Below, piece after piece: positions 55,794 to 63,637 of a DNA stretch of 63,637 bases. The notes under the pieces were generated by a model, which saw only the letters and a list, made by a program, of their open reading frames with translations, did no database searches and was not told where the DNA came from. Source of the DNA: Candidatus Woesearchaeota archaeon (GTDB lineage: Archaea > Nanobdellota > Nanobdellia > Pacearchaeales > GW2011-AR1); assembly GCA_964418095.1 (NCBI GenBank), contig CAYQKM010000004.1:1-63637 (forward strand), read 5' to 3'. The translations under genes were made by a program, and so were the position numbers. Numbering within the stretch: the first letter of the stretch is position 1; each line of letters opens with the position of its first letter.

Positions 55794-57664
55794 TTCAAAT
55801 CATAATACAAATAAACTTTTTCACTTTCTGTTAAGTAATACTCTCTTAATCTAGAAGGAATTTTTATTTCATAATCATAAATTCCATATGCTCCTTCAGA
55901 AACCCTATTTACTTCTGTTACAAAAATTACATCTTCCTTATCTGTTTCATCAAATTCGTTATTCCCCCCATCATCAGATGAATCCCATAAAATACCTGTC
56001 ACGAAGCTAGAGCCCTCAGTAGATTCTATTACCGGGACATTTTTTATTTCTCTTTGATATATCACCATATCTTTAGTATTTTTTGGGATTTGGGAATTTG
56101 AAAATAGTTTTGAGATAGAGTCTTCAAAATCATCCATTTTTAAAAGATTATCTATCTCTAAAAAGTCATTTGAACTCTCTTCTCCTAATTTAGATCTTCC
56201 TATTGATTCCAACATCATCCAATTAATATCGCTTTCAGAGTCTGTTATAAAGATGTGCCCTTCAATTTTACTCTCATTATACCATTTTTTCATATCTATT
56301 TCTTCCCCGCCTATTATTTTGTCTAATGTAATGTTTCCATAAATTTCTTGCCAAGCATTTACTGAAATTTCTTTATTTCCTTTATTATTTAGCTTATTTT
56401 TTTCAGATATTAATTCGGTATAATCAACAATAACAAATATCTTGCTTTTTCCAATTTTAGCATGCCAAGGAATTTTAATAGATAGATTGGAAATAGCACT
56501 CATATTTACAACAACATTTCCTATCTCTTCTCCGGAATTTTCAGGATCTTCCTCAAAAAAAGATATTAAGATGTTTTCTGCTGACAAACATCCATCATTT
56601 TTAATAAACACACTTAAATTAACTTCTTCACCTTCTAGAGGGTTAGGATTGTCTAGTGAAATATCTTCCCCCCTTATAGATAATTCTGCAAAATTGGGGT
56701 AAGCATAGAGGGGTGTCGAATAAACATTATTTATATTACCCGCATTATCTTCAGCAATACAATTAAATAACCAGTCTCCTGTTTCATTTAAAATTATATC
56801 CGAATAATACTCTCTGCTCGTAATTTCCAAAGAAGCATAATTTATTATTTCACCTGAAGGGGAAATAGATTGGATTGTCACCTTATTTATTCCAGAAAAA
56901 GAATCATACGCTTTACAGACTGCCCCCACACTATCTATTTCTTCACAAGAATGGGTGATGTTTAAATGGATAGATTCAATTATTGGTTCAGATAAATCAA
57001 TCCCAAAACTATTGTTTACACTAGAGAATTTTGGTATCTTTAGAGAATCTACCACCTGGCAGGAATATTTATAGAAACCCTCTGTTAATGTTTTTGTAAA
57101 TGTTTTAAATCTTTCTCCGAATAAAACCTCTTTTGTTTCATTTAATTCCCACACTCCGCTCCAGTTTCCATAAATGCTTACTTCTTCTAAGTTTTCATCT
57201 AAATCCTTTAAAGAACAATTAAATTCTATTACATTATAATTTAGGAATGAACTGTCTTGAGGAAAAACCAACGAAACTTCAGGAGGAGAGTTTAAAGTTA
57301 TTCTCTCAACAACACTCTCACTATTAAAACTAACACTTACATTTGTCTCTTTAGAGACATATCCGTCTCCATTATCAATTATTTTCAATGTTAATATGTC
57401 TCCTGTTATGCAAGGAGGGTTAAGCAGCTCACAATCTATACTATAATTATTTTCTTGATTAGAATTTCCAAATATCCCAATAATATCACTAAGGTGGTCA
57501 TCTTCCCCATTATAAAAGTTCCAAAGCATAATCGTGTGGTTATCTGCAGGTGTAGAATCCAATGCATTTTCCACACTCCCTATGATATAGTGTGATGCAG
57601 AAACATTTCCTATTAAGAATAAGATTAGAGTAATAATTGCCCCAAATATGTAATTCTTTTTCAT
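55790..57664 (-). CDS. secreted protein with conserved N-terminal HYI-G-VENA domain (paralog 1)
   Basis: 624 aa. The signal peptide is MKKNYIFGAIITLILFLIGNVSAS, followed by HYIIGSVENALDSTPADNHTIMLWN...SDIIG..GNS...YSIDCELL..C...LTLKIIDNG..YVS.E...ITLNSPP. There is no C-terminal TM. Its stop overlaps the convergent ATPase stop (TTAA at 55790-55793). Confidence 0.65.
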   Translation of the reverse strand: MKKNYIFGAIITLILFLIGNVSASHYIIGSVENALDSTPADNHTIMLWNFYNGEDDHLSDIIGIFGNSNQENNYSIDCELLNPPCITGDILTLKIIDNGDGYVSKETNVSVSFNSESVVERITLNSPPEVSLVFPQDSSFLNYNVIEFNCSLKDLDENLEEVSIYGNWSGVWELNETKEVLFGERFKTFTKTLTEGFYKYSCQVVDSLKIPKFSSVNNSFGIDLSEPIIESIHLNITHSCEEIDSVGAVCKAYDSFSGINKVTIQSISPSGEIINYASLEITSREYYSDIILNETGDWLFNCIAEDNAGNINNVYSTPLYAYPNFAELSIRGEDISLDNPNPLEGEEVNLSVFIKNDGCLSAENILISFFEEDPENSGEEIGNVVVNMSAISNLSIKIPWHAKIGKSKIFVIVDYTELISEKNKLNNKGNKEISVNAWQEIYGNITLDKIIGGEEIDMKKWYNESKIEGHIFITDSESDINWMMLESIGRSKLGEESSNDFLEIDNLLKMDDFEDSISKLFSNSQIPKNTKDMVIYQREIKNVPVIESTEGSSFVTGILWDSSDDGGNNEFDETDKEDVIFVTEVNRVSEGAYGIYDYEIKIPSRLREYYLTESEKVYLYYDLN

Positions 57665-57668
57665 TTTT

Positions 57669-59693
57669 TCATCCTCTTTCTTTTACACTTGCTATAACTA
57701 TTTTTTTTTCTTTATTATTAAGTGTTTTGTATCTTTCTTTTGCATTATTATATAGATTTAAAGCCTCTTCCTCTTTCCCCTCATTTAAAAGATGCTTAGA
57801 TTTTTTTATGTCTTCTATGATTGTTATAACATGTTTTAAGTAAGGCTCTCTTTTTATTTTTAAAAAATAGATTACAAGTATTAAAGCAAAGAACCCTAAA
57901 ATAATTATGCCCCCCGGCCCTTTACCCCCTAATTCAAATATAAAGTTCCCAGTTATTTTTGATGCCCCTTCATCATTTCTTATTTTTATTGGGACAATTA
58001 ATATTTCCTCTGCAGAAGATGCTGTAATCTCTTTGCTGAAATAATACACTATTTTTTTGGTGCCTGAATTGAATGATAAAACTGGGTCGTCCTTTACAAT
58101 TGTATAATCTAAGTTCATCATTTTAATTCCAGAAGCTTTTTCTGAAATCTCTTTTGGAACAACCAGGATAAATTTTAATTCATCATCTTTTTCTAAGCTG
58201 GAACTAATCTCTTCTTTTAACAAACTAATAGTTTTCTTTGTACCATCAAGGTAAAGTATATTCAAAATAGAAATTTTTCCAGTTATAATAATCTTTTTCT
58301 CGCTTATTATCTTTAATATTTCATTCAGCTCTTTTTCATTATTAGATTCTGAATTAGAGTAATATTCTAGAAGAGCTATTTGCAGGTTCTTTTCGTTTAA
58401 TTCCCTGCTTATTTCTTTTTCTTCTTTAATAATAATATCCTCTGGTATTTTTTTCTTAACTATATTTATTCTGAGATTCATAGAGTCCAGCTTTTTGTTT
58501 AATTCTTCTAAACTTAAATCCTGAGATTTATAACTTTCTACATCTCTTTTAATAGAGTTTAATTCAGCTAAAGAATCTTCTATTTCTTTATCTAATTTAA
58601 TTTCACTAAATATTTCCCTTTTTCTATCTCCCCCATACCCAATAAGATAAGATATCTCCTCAACATTTGCTATTATTGTATTTATTTCAGATATTTGGTT
58701 TTCTACTTTTCCTATTAAGCTGGGATTAAGTCCTTTTACTTGAGATGAGTTTGTAATTAAAGCGGTAGCATAAACTTCTTTTGAAAGGTCTCCAATGTTT
58801 CCCGCATCATCTATTCCTGCAACTCTATAATAATATGTTTTCCCTTTTTCAACATCATTATCATAAAAGTAATCCTTTGAAGATGATTTGTAAAAATCAG
58901 TATATTCTATTCTCGGATTTTCAGATCTATACACATAAAATTCATTAAGACTTTCTTCAGAAAACCAACTTAATTTTATTTGTCCTTGATATCCAACAGC
59001 ATCAACTATATTTATTGTAGAGGGTTTTAAACTATCTACAATAAAAGAATTGTCCCCTATAATTTTAGTTCCTTCCTCCCCTGTCAAATCTTTTGCTTTA
59101 AACCTAAATGAGCACACACTCTCTCCAACAGATGCAGGGATAATTAAATTTCCTTCCCATACACTTCCCTTTCCTGTTAAAGAAATCGGTTTATACACTA
59201 TCTCATCAAAGCTATATTCTAATACTGGAGTTTCTAAACTTGTCTTGGAAGTTATTAAGCTTATTTTATATTTCCCTTCTTTGAGCGGGGGTTCTTTAGA
59301 TAATTTTATTTTAGCATAAATAGGAATACTTATCCCAAATCCAACTTCTAATTCAGAATTAGAATCTTCTCCGCATCGAATATAGTATTTGTGAAACCCT
59401 TCTTCTAAGTTTTCTATATACACCTCATGGATTAACCCATACTCTCCATCAAAATTTTTTAGAAGTGAACTTTCTGTTCTATACTCACACCTTGTCTCTT
59501 CTAAGGTGTTTATCCTCAACACAACAGAGTCTGTTTTGTATATCTTATTAGATATAATAGAACCTCCTTCGGAAGTATATTCTGCAGTTATTATTGAAGC
59601 AGACGCAGCAGAAACCTCCACAATAATTAAAGATGTAACTATTAATCCTAGAATCACCAACATTAAATTTTTATTTTTTCTATTTAATATCAT
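57669..59693 (-). CDS. large surface protein with FN3-like domain, coiled-coil stalk, TM anchor and cytoplasmic tail motif
   Basis: 674 aa. The signal peptide is MILNRKNKNLMLVILGLIVTSLIIVEVSAAS. The FN3-like block reads IKLSWFSEESLNEFYVYRSEN...KGKTYYYRVAGIDDAGNIG. The TM reads GIIILGFFALILVIYFL. The tail (57669-57860) contains EEEALNLYNNAKERYKTLNNKEKK. Confidence 0.65.
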   Translation of the reverse strand: MILNRKNKNLMLVILGLIVTSLIIVEVSAASASIITAEYTSEGGSIISNKIYKTDSVVLRINTLEETRCEYRTESSLLKNFDGEYGLIHEVYIENLEEGFHKYYIRCGEDSNSELEVGFGISIPIYAKIKLSKEPPLKEGKYKISLITSKTSLETPVLEYSFDEIVYKPISLTGKGSVWEGNLIIPASVGESVCSFRFKAKDLTGEEGTKIIGDNSFIVDSLKPSTINIVDAVGYQGQIKLSWFSEESLNEFYVYRSENPRIEYTDFYKSSSKDYFYDNDVEKGKTYYYRVAGIDDAGNIGDLSKEVYATALITNSSQVKGLNPSLIGKVENQISEINTIIANVEEISYLIGYGGDRKREIFSEIKLDKEIEDSLAELNSIKRDVESYKSQDLSLEELNKKLDSMNLRINIVKKKIPEDIIIKEEKEISRELNEKNLQIALLEYYSNSESNNEKELNEILKIISEKKIIITGKISILNILYLDGTKKTISLLKEEISSSLEKDDELKFILVVPKEISEKASGIKMMNLDYTIVKDDPVLSFNSGTKKIVYYFSKEITASSAEEILIVPIKIRNDEGASKITGNFIFELGGKGPGGIIILGFFALILVIYFLKIKREPYLKHVITIIEDIKKSKHLLNEGKEEEALNLYNNAKERYKTLNNKEKKIVIASVKERG

Positions 59694-60879
59694 GCTTTTT
59701 ACCTCTGGATTTTTCTCTTTTTATTTTGTATGCAAGATATGCGATTAAGATAATCAAGATAATATAAATCAAATAGATTTTTATTTTGTCCCATTTAATA
59801 CCAGTACCCTCTACATTAATTACTGCGCTTTTCTCAAAGGTTCTCTTACTATCATAAAATACTGCCCCGTTAACAATATATTTTCCCTCACTTTTTGGAG
59901 TAAAATAAAACTTAAAAGTTTCTTTTCCCCCAACATTAACTAAACTTCCTTCACTTTCAAGTATCTGCATTATTTTACTTCCAAGAGTTATTGCTCCTTT
60001 AAACCTAGCATTCACTGTTTTCTCCCCGACATTTTCAAATGTTGCTTCAATCAAAACAGTGTCTCCTACTTTTATTCTTGGAGGAGCGATAATGCTTAGG
60101 AGAGTTCCTTGAGATTTTAATGCGCCTTCTTCTAAAATATCAAATGTTAAAGTCTCAGATGCATAACACTCTACAGAAGTTACTTCTGCCCAATACTGTC
60201 CAATTTCAAGCCCAGAGGAACTTACAGGAATAATTATCTCTTTTTCTGTAGTTGGGATAATCATTTCTTCTGAAAATTCAACTTGTTTTACAATACCTAT
60301 CCTATCTCTATCCCAAATATCAATTTTAACAGTAGGATACAACCTAATGTTTCCCTGATTAAGTACATTTAATTTGAATAAAATATCTTCTCCTTTTTCA
60401 ACAGATTCAACTTTAAATCCCCCTGCTCTACATAAAGAATATTCCACATCTGTTACTCCCACTTCTAAATATAAATCCAATGCAGCATTTACTATTCCAG
60501 TAGCTTGCCCCTCTGCTCCTTTGAGTTTATTTTCTGTTGTAACTCTTATGAATCCAGAATAATTTCCATTAGGCATATCTAAGGGGGGTTGCACAGATAT
60601 TTTCAAATAATATGGACTTGCCTTGGATATTTCAAATTCTTTTTTTTCAAATGAAATCCACTCTGCAATATCTCCGCGGACATCTAAAATTACATTTATT
60701 GGTTCTTCTGTATCTACTGTTATTGTTACTGTTCTCTCAGAATACCCTCCCCTTAATACATCTTTAAAATAAATATTTGCAGGACTTACTCCTATATTTG
60801 CAGAAGAAATAAATGTCATAAACAAAGGTAAAACTAGTAAAATCATTCCAAATTTTAATTTATTCAACTGTTTATTCAT
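59680..60879 (-). CDS. surface protein with tandem Ig-like (PapD/NEW3-like) domains and C-terminal TM anchor
   Basis: The track ORF extends to 60897. The ATG at 60879 follows the upstream stop directly and gives the signal peptide MNKQLNKLKFGMILLVLPLFMTFISSANIG. Ig-like blocks read VSPANIYFKDVLRGGYSERTVTI...IAEWISFEKKEFEI...NGNYSGFIRV. The C-terminal TM reads IYLIYIILIILIAYLAY. Confidence 0.6.
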   Translation of the reverse strand: MNKQLNKLKFGMILLVLPLFMTFISSANIGVSPANIYFKDVLRGGYSERTVTITVDTEEPINVILDVRGDIAEWISFEKKEFEISKASPYYLKISVQPPLDMPNGNYSGFIRVTTENKLKGAEGQATGIVNAALDLYLEVGVTDVEYSLCRAGGFKVESVEKGEDILFKLNVLNQGNIRLYPTVKIDIWDRDRIGIVKQVEFSEEMIIPTTEKEIIIPVSSSGLEIGQYWAEVTSVECYASETLTFDILEEGALKSQGTLLSIIAPPRIKVGDTVLIEATFENVGEKTVNARFKGAITLGSKIMQILESEGSLVNVGGKETFKFYFTPKSEGKYIVNGAVFYDSKRTFEKSAVINVEGTGIKWDKIKIYLIYIILIILIAYLAYKIKREKSRGKKHDIK

Positions 60880-60880
60880 T

Positions 60881-62080
60881 TTAATTCTCCGGTGCATTTA
60901 CAGCACCAAAAACAATATTACCTTGACAGCTTCCGGATATATAATTCGGAACACGTATTCTCCAATAGGTTCCTTTCACAGCCTCATCTTGATTTTCACT
61001 CTTTCTATAATCTAAATTGAATGTTTCTATTTTCGGAGATGAGGTTAGATTAATATATTTTGATTCAAATTCCTCTAAGCTTATTTCTCCTCCATTTGAT
61101 TTTGTAAGATTAAATCGTTCGTACGTTACGGGGATGTTATTTGTCTCTTCTCCACTGACACAAGTCATAGCGTATCCATCCTCTTCTTGAGAACCATATC
61201 CACTTAACGACAAATTAATTTTAATATTTCCATAATTTGTAATATTTATTCTACTCTCTTTAGTAATCTCTTTGCCTTCTTCAATCTCAAAATGAATTAT
61301 AGAATCAACACCTAATGCTAAAAGAGGGTTTATAAAAGAAGTGTCACCTTTTTTAGAAACTATTGAAAAATTATCCTGAACAGAGATGGTACAATTCCAA
61401 AACTCAGAATTAGCATAATACCAGACATAGAATGCGCAGGTTATTTTCGCTTCATTTTGGGTTCCATAAGAATAGTTTATTTCACAGCTATCATTTGTAT
61501 AATGGAGATTATTATCATTAAAGTCTTCGAAATATGAATTAACACTATCAAAGAATACAGCACTTGCATTTGTCAAAGAAAATTCTCCATCATATTCTGT
61601 AGCGATTGCAGTACATTTAATCTCTTTAGTCGCGGCAGGGATTAAATCTATTTCCTTCTCCGGAAAAGGGAGATCATCTTCAATATGTATGCTCGTAATA
61701 TTTGGGGGAGAATTAAGAGTTATATTTTCCACAATATCATACCCATATCCACCAACAAGAACGCTTTTTTCTCCAGAAATATAATTGTTCCCATTATTAA
61801 CCACTTTCAATGTAAGTGTATTTGTAACATTGCATCCGCTTTTTAACATCTCACAATCAATCATATATATCCCACTTGCTTTGGAATTTCCTTCAGGCCC
61901 AATTATATCACTTACATTTTCTATTGCACCAATTTCAGTGTTCCAAAGAACTATAGAAAGTCCATTAGGACTAGTGCCATCTTTAGCATTTTCAACATAT
62001 CCTACAATATAGTGAGCAGCAGAGCACATTTGAATTACAAATATTATCCCAATTATACTTAGCAAAAACATTTTTTTCAT
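60881..62080 (-). CDS. secreted protein with conserved N-terminal HYI-G-VENA domain (paralog 2)
   Basis: 399 aa. The signal peptide is MKKMFLLSIIGIIFVIQMCSAA, followed by HYIVGYVENAKDGTSPNGLSIVLWN...SDIIGPEGNS...YMIDCEMLKSGC...LTLKVVNNGNNYISGE...ITLNSPP. It is colinear with the first ~125 aa of 55790..57664. Confidence 0.65.
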   Translation of the reverse strand: MKKMFLLSIIGIIFVIQMCSAAHYIVGYVENAKDGTSPNGLSIVLWNTEIGAIENVSDIIGPEGNSKASGIYMIDCEMLKSGCNVTNTLTLKVVNNGNNYISGEKSVLVGGYGYDIVENITLNSPPNITSIHIEDDLPFPEKEIDLIPAATKEIKCTAIATEYDGEFSLTNASAVFFDSVNSYFEDFNDNNLHYTNDSCEINYSYGTQNEAKITCAFYVWYYANSEFWNCTISVQDNFSIVSKKGDTSFINPLLALGVDSIIHFEIEEGKEITKESRINITNYGNIKINLSLSGYGSQEEDGYAMTCVSGEETNNIPVTYERFNLTKSNGGEISLEEFESKYINLTSSPKIETFNLDYRKSENQDEAVKGTYWRIRVPNYISGSCQGNIVFGAVNAPEN

Positions 62081-62406
62081 ATTAAATCTAAAATGACCTC
62101 CCTTTTTGAGACTACTTCATATGTTCTGTTTGGAAGCATTACAAAATTTTCTCCTATGCCTCCAAATACATTTACATATCCTTTTTCTTCTCCATTTTCA
62201 GTGCAACTTATAGTAGATATCTCAGGAAATAAATTAACTAAATCTTTAACATAGATTGGATTAAAATCAGCACTTGTATTTAGAAAAGTTTTCCCTTCAT
62301 TAAGTACGATTCCCTCCCCTAAATCAATTTCTTCAGCAAAAAGAATATCTACTGTACCCAAGAAGATGCCAATGAAAAATACTGCAAACAAAATTTTCTT
62401 ATTCAT
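62077..62406 (-). CDS. small secreted protein
   Basis: The track start is TTG (62424) and the ATG is at 62406. The signal peptide is MNKKILFAVFFIGIFLGTVDILFA. It overlaps the downstream gene by 4 nt (ATGA). Confidence 0.5.
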   Translation of the reverse strand: MNKKILFAVFFIGIFLGTVDILFAEEIDLGEGIVLNEGKTFLNTSADFNPIYVKDLVNLFPEISTISCTENGEEKGYVNVFGGIGENFVMLPNRTYEVVSKREVILDLI

Positions 62407-62563
62407 TTTTGTCCTCCGTAACAATTATTTTTTTGTTAATAGGATCAAATTTCAAAATTATTTTTGAGCCTTCTTTTAGATTTAGAGTATCTACAATTGC
62501 CTTGGGTATTTTTATCCTATGACCTTTTTGTATTTTATTATCTTTAAATGTAATCTCTACCAT
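62399..62563 (-). CDS. AbrB/SpoVT-like (swapped-hairpin barrel) small DNA-binding protein
   Basis: It is below the track cut-off. Hand translation gives MVEITFKDNKIQKGHRIKIPKAIVDTLNLKEGSKIILKFDPINKKIIVTEDKNE. The R-I-x-I-P-K-x-I...L-x-L-x-x-G pattern is AbrB-like. Its stop overlaps the next gene's start by 8 nt (ATGAATAA). Confidence 0.55.
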   Translation of the reverse strand: MVEITFKDNKIQKGHRIKIPKAIVDTLNLKEGSKIILKFDPINKKIIVTEDKNE

Positions 62564-62704
62564 ATACTTTTAAAAGGGTATATAAATTCCTTACTTAACC
62601 TCTTTTGATACTAATACGATACTTTTAAAAGTATTTAAATCTTATCTTTATGAAGGGATTTACATTATAACAATATATAAAAATATTAAACGAGGCGTAA
62701 TAGA

Positions 62705-63637
62705 ATGAAAAAGGGGCTAATTAGAGTAGGAGCGATAGGATTTTTACTTTTAATAATATCTGGGATTGTCTTTTTTTCAGTTTTCTCTTCAGCGTATTCT
62801 GATAAAGAGAATTCTCAAAAAGAGAGAGTTCAATTTTCTTTTGAAGAGAATCAAACATTTGTTCTTGATTCATTTGTTTCATTTAATTTTGAAAATCTTG
62901 GAGATTATAAGCTTTTTATTACTTCTCCCAATGGAGAAAGAACATCTCATCTTTCATCAAATAATTTCTTTTTATTTCATGTATTAGAAGAAGGAGAATA
63001 TTCATTAATAGTTGACAGAGGGAATAAAAGAAACTCTTATCATTTCTTTGTTACATCTAAAAATCATGGGAAACAAGTAAATAAAGAAAAAAATTGTAAA
63101 CCTGGAAAGTCAGGTAAAAAATGTAATCCATATAATCCAAACGAACCAGACAATTCAACTGAACTTAAAGAACCAGAAGACACTGAGCAAGAAATTCCAA
63201 TAGTAAATCCAGAAGATCCTGTTCAGGAAAAAGCAGAAATAAATAAGCCTGTAGAATGGACCAAAACAATTTCAGAAGAAAATTTAACCAACCTAATAGA
63301 AATTCCCGCTGTGATTAACTTAACATTAAAAGACGAAACAGGAGAAGCAATTAATTATACATTAGTAAATATTGAGGGTAAAAACTACCTTAACCTAACA
63401 GAATCTCTCCAAGGAAATATTTCTGGAGAAGTCAAGATAGAATATATTACAGAGGCTCCAAAAGTAGAGGAAACAATAATTTCCGAAACAATTAAAGAAG
63501 TTGTAATTTCTTCATCAAAAGATCTTAACTACAAAGATGTGCTTTCTTATACATACTTGCCAAGAGAAATATCTTCAAAATCTTTAATCAAGATTTATTG
63601 GAAAGAAAATAATACTTATCTTGACTTTAATGCTTCA
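62705..63637 (+). CDS. secreted/anchored surface protein (N-terminal 311 codons; continues beyond window end)
   Basis: It is absent from the track because it has no stop inside the window. Hand translation from the ATG at 62705 gives MKKGLIRVGAIGFLLLIISGIVFFSVFSSAYSDKENSQKERVQFSFEENQTF...KNCKPGKSGKKCNPYNPNEP...NLTLKDETGEAINYTLVNIEGKNYLNLTES.... The frame is open to base 63637. It is divergent from the AbrB-led operon. Confidence 0.6.
   Translation, partial: MKKGLIRVGAIGFLLLIISGIVFFSVFSSAYSDKENSQKERVQFSFEENQTFVLDSFVSFNFENLGDYKLFITSPNGERTSHLSSNNFFLFHVLEEGEYSLIVDRGNKRNSYHFFVTSKNHGKQVNKEKNCKPGKSGKKCNPYNPNEPDNSTELKEPEDTEQEIPIVNPEDPVQEKAEINKPVEWTKTISEENLTNLIEIPAVINLTLKDETGEAINYTLVNIEGKNYLNLTESLQGNISGEVKIEYITEAPKVEETIISETIKEVVISSSKDLNYKDVLSYTYLPREISSKSLIKIYWKENNTYLDFNAS

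Noticed and set aside
62766-62987. 73-aa plus-strand ORF from the track
   Set aside because: It is out of frame within the longer open reading frame that starts at 62705. That frame has a signal peptide and stays open to the window end.

Overview
This is a visibly AT-rich, very gene-dense archaeal chromosome segment. Its proteins are Lys/Glu/Ile/Asn-rich and many genes overlap by 1-14 nt. By inference only, this fits a small-genome DPANN-type (Woese-/Pace-/Nanoarchaeota-like) organism. The window splits into four parts. (1) Bases 1-15 kb and 27-43 kb carry core information-processing genes: ApgM, FtsY, SRP54, two tRNAs (one with an intron), Bud32, uS15, a RecJ-like DHH protein, aIF2-alpha, Nop10, an EndoQ-like PHP nuclease, Ndk, RadA, RPA, aEF-1beta, a Hef helicase/nuclease pair, LigT, an M16 peptidase, a DRG GTPase, PolD DP2 and DP1, and Orc1/Cdc6. 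(2) Bases 15.1-24.8 kb hold one minus-strand type IV pilus-like operon: secretion ATPase, polytopic platform protein, about ten small pilin-like or membrane ORFs, and an A24 prepilin peptidase. (3) A textbook oriC lies next to cdc6 at about 42.96-43.39 kb, with inverted ORB boxes around an almost pure A/T unwinding element. It is followed by a repeat-ridden variable region (43.8-47.85 kb) containing two convergent coiled-coil/wHTH paralogs, an in-frame (ACAG)7 tract, palindrome arrays and 1.3 kb of G-depleted non-coding DNA. (4) Bases 47.9-63.6 kb, running past the window end, form an island of giant secreted or membrane-anchored, sequon-rich surface proteins in tightly coupled operons. Two of these operons are led by small RHH and AbrB-like regulators, and the island is built around a membrane-anchored HerA/FtsK-type ATPase that carries its own ectodomain. 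Three of the giant proteins share a cytoplasmic tail motif. I consider this island the best candidate for an undescribed envelope or host-interaction system. No rRNA, CRISPR array, integrase or transposase was seen.
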